This document shows positions 61,732 to 64,000 of a DNA stretch of 64,000 bases, piece by piece. The translations under genes and the position numbers were made by a program. The DNA lies in the IMG/VR virus record IMGVR_UViG_3300017754_002544, positions 32,001 through 96,000 of that record; one strand, written 5' to 3'. A model generated the notes under the pieces. That model ran no database searches. It was not told the origin of the DNA and was given only the letters and a program-made list of their open reading frames with translations. The stretch is from a virus. How positions within the stretch are numbered: position 1 is the stretch's first letter; every line of letters starts with the position of its first letter.

Positions 61732-62973
61732 ATGAATTCGTTAGATAAGCAGTATATAAATTTACTACAGGATATATTGGATAATGGAGTAGTAAAAAAG
61801 GATAGAACTGGGACCGGGACAATCTCAGTATTTGGAAGATCAATACGTCATAAAATGTCAGAGGGATTCCCTTTGATAACAACCAAGAAGATGCCATTCA
61901 AAACGATTGCAACAGAATTGATTTGGTTCTTGCGTGGTGATACAAATATCAAGTTTCTTGTTGATAATAATGTTCACATTTGGGATGGTGATGCTTATCG
62001 AAACTATGAAATCTTAATGATGGGTAATCCACCAGAAAAGATTTTAGATAAAGATGAGTTTATTCAGAAGATAAAGGAAGATGCTAAGATTGAACACTCA
62101 CCATTTACATTTGCTCAAAAGTGGGGTGATTTAGGGCCTGTGTATGGAAAGCAATGGAGAAGTTGGGGAGGATTTGATAAAGTTCCTTATGGATGGGAAC
62201 ATGGTGCTATAACAAATTATAAAGATGTTCCAAAATTTGATCAAATAGAAAATTCAATTCACTTACTTAAAACAGATCCTGATTCTAGACGTAATAAAGT
62301 TTCATCTTGGAATGTTGAAGAGTTAGATAAAATGGTTCTTCCACCTTGTCATACTGATTTTCAATTATATACAAGAGAGCTTACAGAATATGAAAGATTT
62401 CATCTAGGATTGGATAACGTAAACAATACTAACATTCCAACTAGAGCAATCTCTTTACTATGGAACCAGCGTTCAGTAGATACATTCTTAGGTTTACCAT
62501 TTAATATAGCGTCCTATGGATTGCTATTAGAAATTATTGCAAAGGCAGTCAATATGGTTCCTGATGAACTGATTGGAAACTTAGGTGATACACATTTGTA
62601 TTTGAATCATATTGAACAAGCTAAAGAACAAATTGGTAGACAGCTTTCTTTAGATGAAAGAAGAAGTATGGTTACTCAGGAAATGTTTAATGAAATATAC
62701 GCAGGTGGTGGACCTGAATTATTAAATCATACTGAATGTGATCAATGGGATATTCCAAGACATACAAGAGTTCCTTATAAGTTACCTAAATTAAATATTA
62801 ATACAGAGTTCTGGACAACAGAATCCGGTGAATGTGGTGTAGGTCCTATTGATGCTATAGCAGTATTCAATGGTTTTACTAACGATAGCTTTTGTAAATG
62901 CTTATTAGAAGATGATTTACAACTAGTTGATTATCAAGCACATCCACATATTAAAGCCCCTTTATCAAACTAA
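61732..62973 (+). CDS. thyA: Thymidylate synthase with insertions
   Basis: DRTGTGT, ELIWFL.G, GPVYGKQW, LPPCH, QRSVD.FLGLPFN, GDTHLY; ATG at 61732. Confidence 0.95.
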   Translation: MNSLDKQYINLLQDILDNGVVKKDRTGTGTISVFGRSIRHKMSEGFPLITTKKMPFKTIATELIWFLRGDTNIKFLVDNNVHIWDGDAYRNYEILMMGNPPEKILDKDEFIQKIKEDAKIEHSPFTFAQKWGDLGPVYGKQWRSWGGFDKVPYGWEHGAITNYKDVPKFDQIENSIHLLKTDPDSRRNKVSSWNVEELDKMVLPPCHTDFQLYTRELTEYERFHLGLDNVNNTNIPTRAISLLWNQRSVDTFLGLPFNIASYGLLLEIIAKAVNMVPDELIGNLGDTHLYLNHIEQAKEQIGRQLSLDERRSMVTQEMFNEIYAGGGPELLNHTECDQWDIPRHTRVPYKLPKLNINTEFWTTESGECGVGPIDAIAVFNGFTNDSFCKCLLEDDLQLVDYQAHPHIKAPLSN

Positions 62974-62975
62974 CT

Positions 62976-63383
62976 ATGGAATTTTTAAACTCACACCCAA
63001 TTAAAAAATCTGATTTAGGATTTCACGGAAATCTATTCGGAGGAAAATTATTAGCATGGATTGATGCCTCAGCTGCAGGTTACGCTATGCAACTTTGTGA
63101 TACACCAAGAATGGTAACAGTATCAATTGATAAATGTAATTTTGAGAAGCCTGCTAGAGAGGGACAACTAGTTAAGGTATATGGTCATCCAGAGTCAATA
63201 GGTAATACGTCTATAAATTTATATATGGAGGCTAGAGCTCACAATGTATATACAGGAAACCAAGTTGTAGTTTTAAAAACACATATAAAGTTTGTACACA
63301 TTGATGAAGAAGGCCACCCAATTCCATTAGGAGAAAAAGCTAGGAAAAGAGTTTCAGAGATACTTAATATGTCTAAAAAATAA
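62976..63383 (+). CDS. Hotdog-fold acyl-CoA thioesterase (YciA-like)
   Basis: D...HGNLFGGKLLAWID..A...VTVSID...F.KP...G.TS. Confidence 0.85.
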   Translation: MEFLNSHPIKKSDLGFHGNLFGGKLLAWIDASAAGYAMQLCDTPRMVTVSIDKCNFEKPAREGQLVKVYGHPESIGNTSINLYMEARAHNVYTGNQVVVLKTHIKFVHIDEEGHPIPLGEKARKRVSEILNMSKK

Positions 63384-63426
63384 AAATAAATTTCTATTTA
63401 CCAAAAATTATAACTAATATTGTGTT

Positions 63427-63780
63427 ATGGAAAACAAATTTATAGTATCTGTAAAACCACTTGATATTGATAATTGGGTAGAAGAAAACGAATTAACCCT
63501 CCACTTATCATCTTTAAATTCTACAAGAGAATTGCTAGATACCGGATCTGGTGATGGAGTTGTCTTACTTATGGAGTTTGAATGGATGGGAGAGACATAT
63601 GCAAAGATATATAGTCATGTTGATAACATGCCAGATGCTTTAAGAGTAGCTGAAGAATACTTTGCTTCTGAGGATATGTTTGAAGAAGCTATAGAAGCTA
63701 GAGACTTGATACCTAAAATATCAGAGTATGCTCTGACTTATGATAAAGGTTTACCAGGAGTTTCTATTACTAAACTCTGA
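63427..63780 (+). CDS. Hypothetical protein
   Basis: 117 aa; UVR-like EDMFEEAIEARD. Confidence 0.55.
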   Translation: MENKFIVSVKPLDIDNWVEENELTLHLSSLNSTRELLDTGSGDGVVLLMEFEWMGETYAKIYSHVDNMPDALRVAEEYFASEDMFEEAIEARDLIPKISEYALTYDKGLPGVSITKL

Positions 63781-64000
63781 GAGTACTTATACTCTGATTT
63801 ATAATCTATTCTTACAACCCCTTTATTTTTTATCCAATCTTCTGGATAAAACTCATTTGCTAACTTCTTTAGTTCTTCTACAGAATCAGCTTGTATATTT
63901 GCTAATACTAACAAGATGTTATATCATTAGTCATTAGTAAAAATGTACATAATTTTATAACATCCCTAGTATTAAACTTTGGACTTGTAACTTTTACATC

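Noticed and set aside
1-64000. Stop-codon reassignment
   Set aside because: Conserved genes are intact in the standard code, TAG and TGA act as stops, and there is no suppressor tRNA.

Overview
An AT-rich segment of a large, apparently lytic tailed phage. The host is very likely a Bacteroidota (Flavobacteriia-like): promoters follow the TTG-N19/20-TAnnTTTG pattern, and the window carries DUF4494-like and T9SS-cargo-like genes. Layout: (1) 1-18 kb, three giant + strand proteins resembling virion-ejected polyvalent proteins, one with GNAT, ART-like and HExxH peptidase modules. (2) 18-26.7 kb, + strand replication block: Prim-Pol, HNH, dUTPase, DnaB, intein-containing PolA. (3) 26.8-38.8 kb, - strand block: SF2 helicase, NrdA/NrdB, an ATE1/Bpt-like aminoacyl-tRNA-protein transferase, about 1.2 kb of hairpin-rich non-coding DNA holding tRNA-Arg(UCU) and two aberrant tRNA-like RNAs, an HNH gene and two exonucleases. 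(4) 38.9-59 kb, - strand array of tiny genes including denV, two C5 methyltransferases and a GH73 enzyme; many of these genes are joined by a frame-independent repeat (TTTAAATCAGAATAGAATG). (5) About 59-59.8 kb, divergent control region with tandem promoters. (6) + strand T9SS-cargo-like protein, ThyA and acyl-CoA thioesterase. Best candidates for undescribed systems: the ATE-like transferase / tRNA-Arg / tRNA-mimic / hairpin-array locus, and the repeat-delimited mini-gene cassette array. All family calls come from motif recognition by eye, not database searches.
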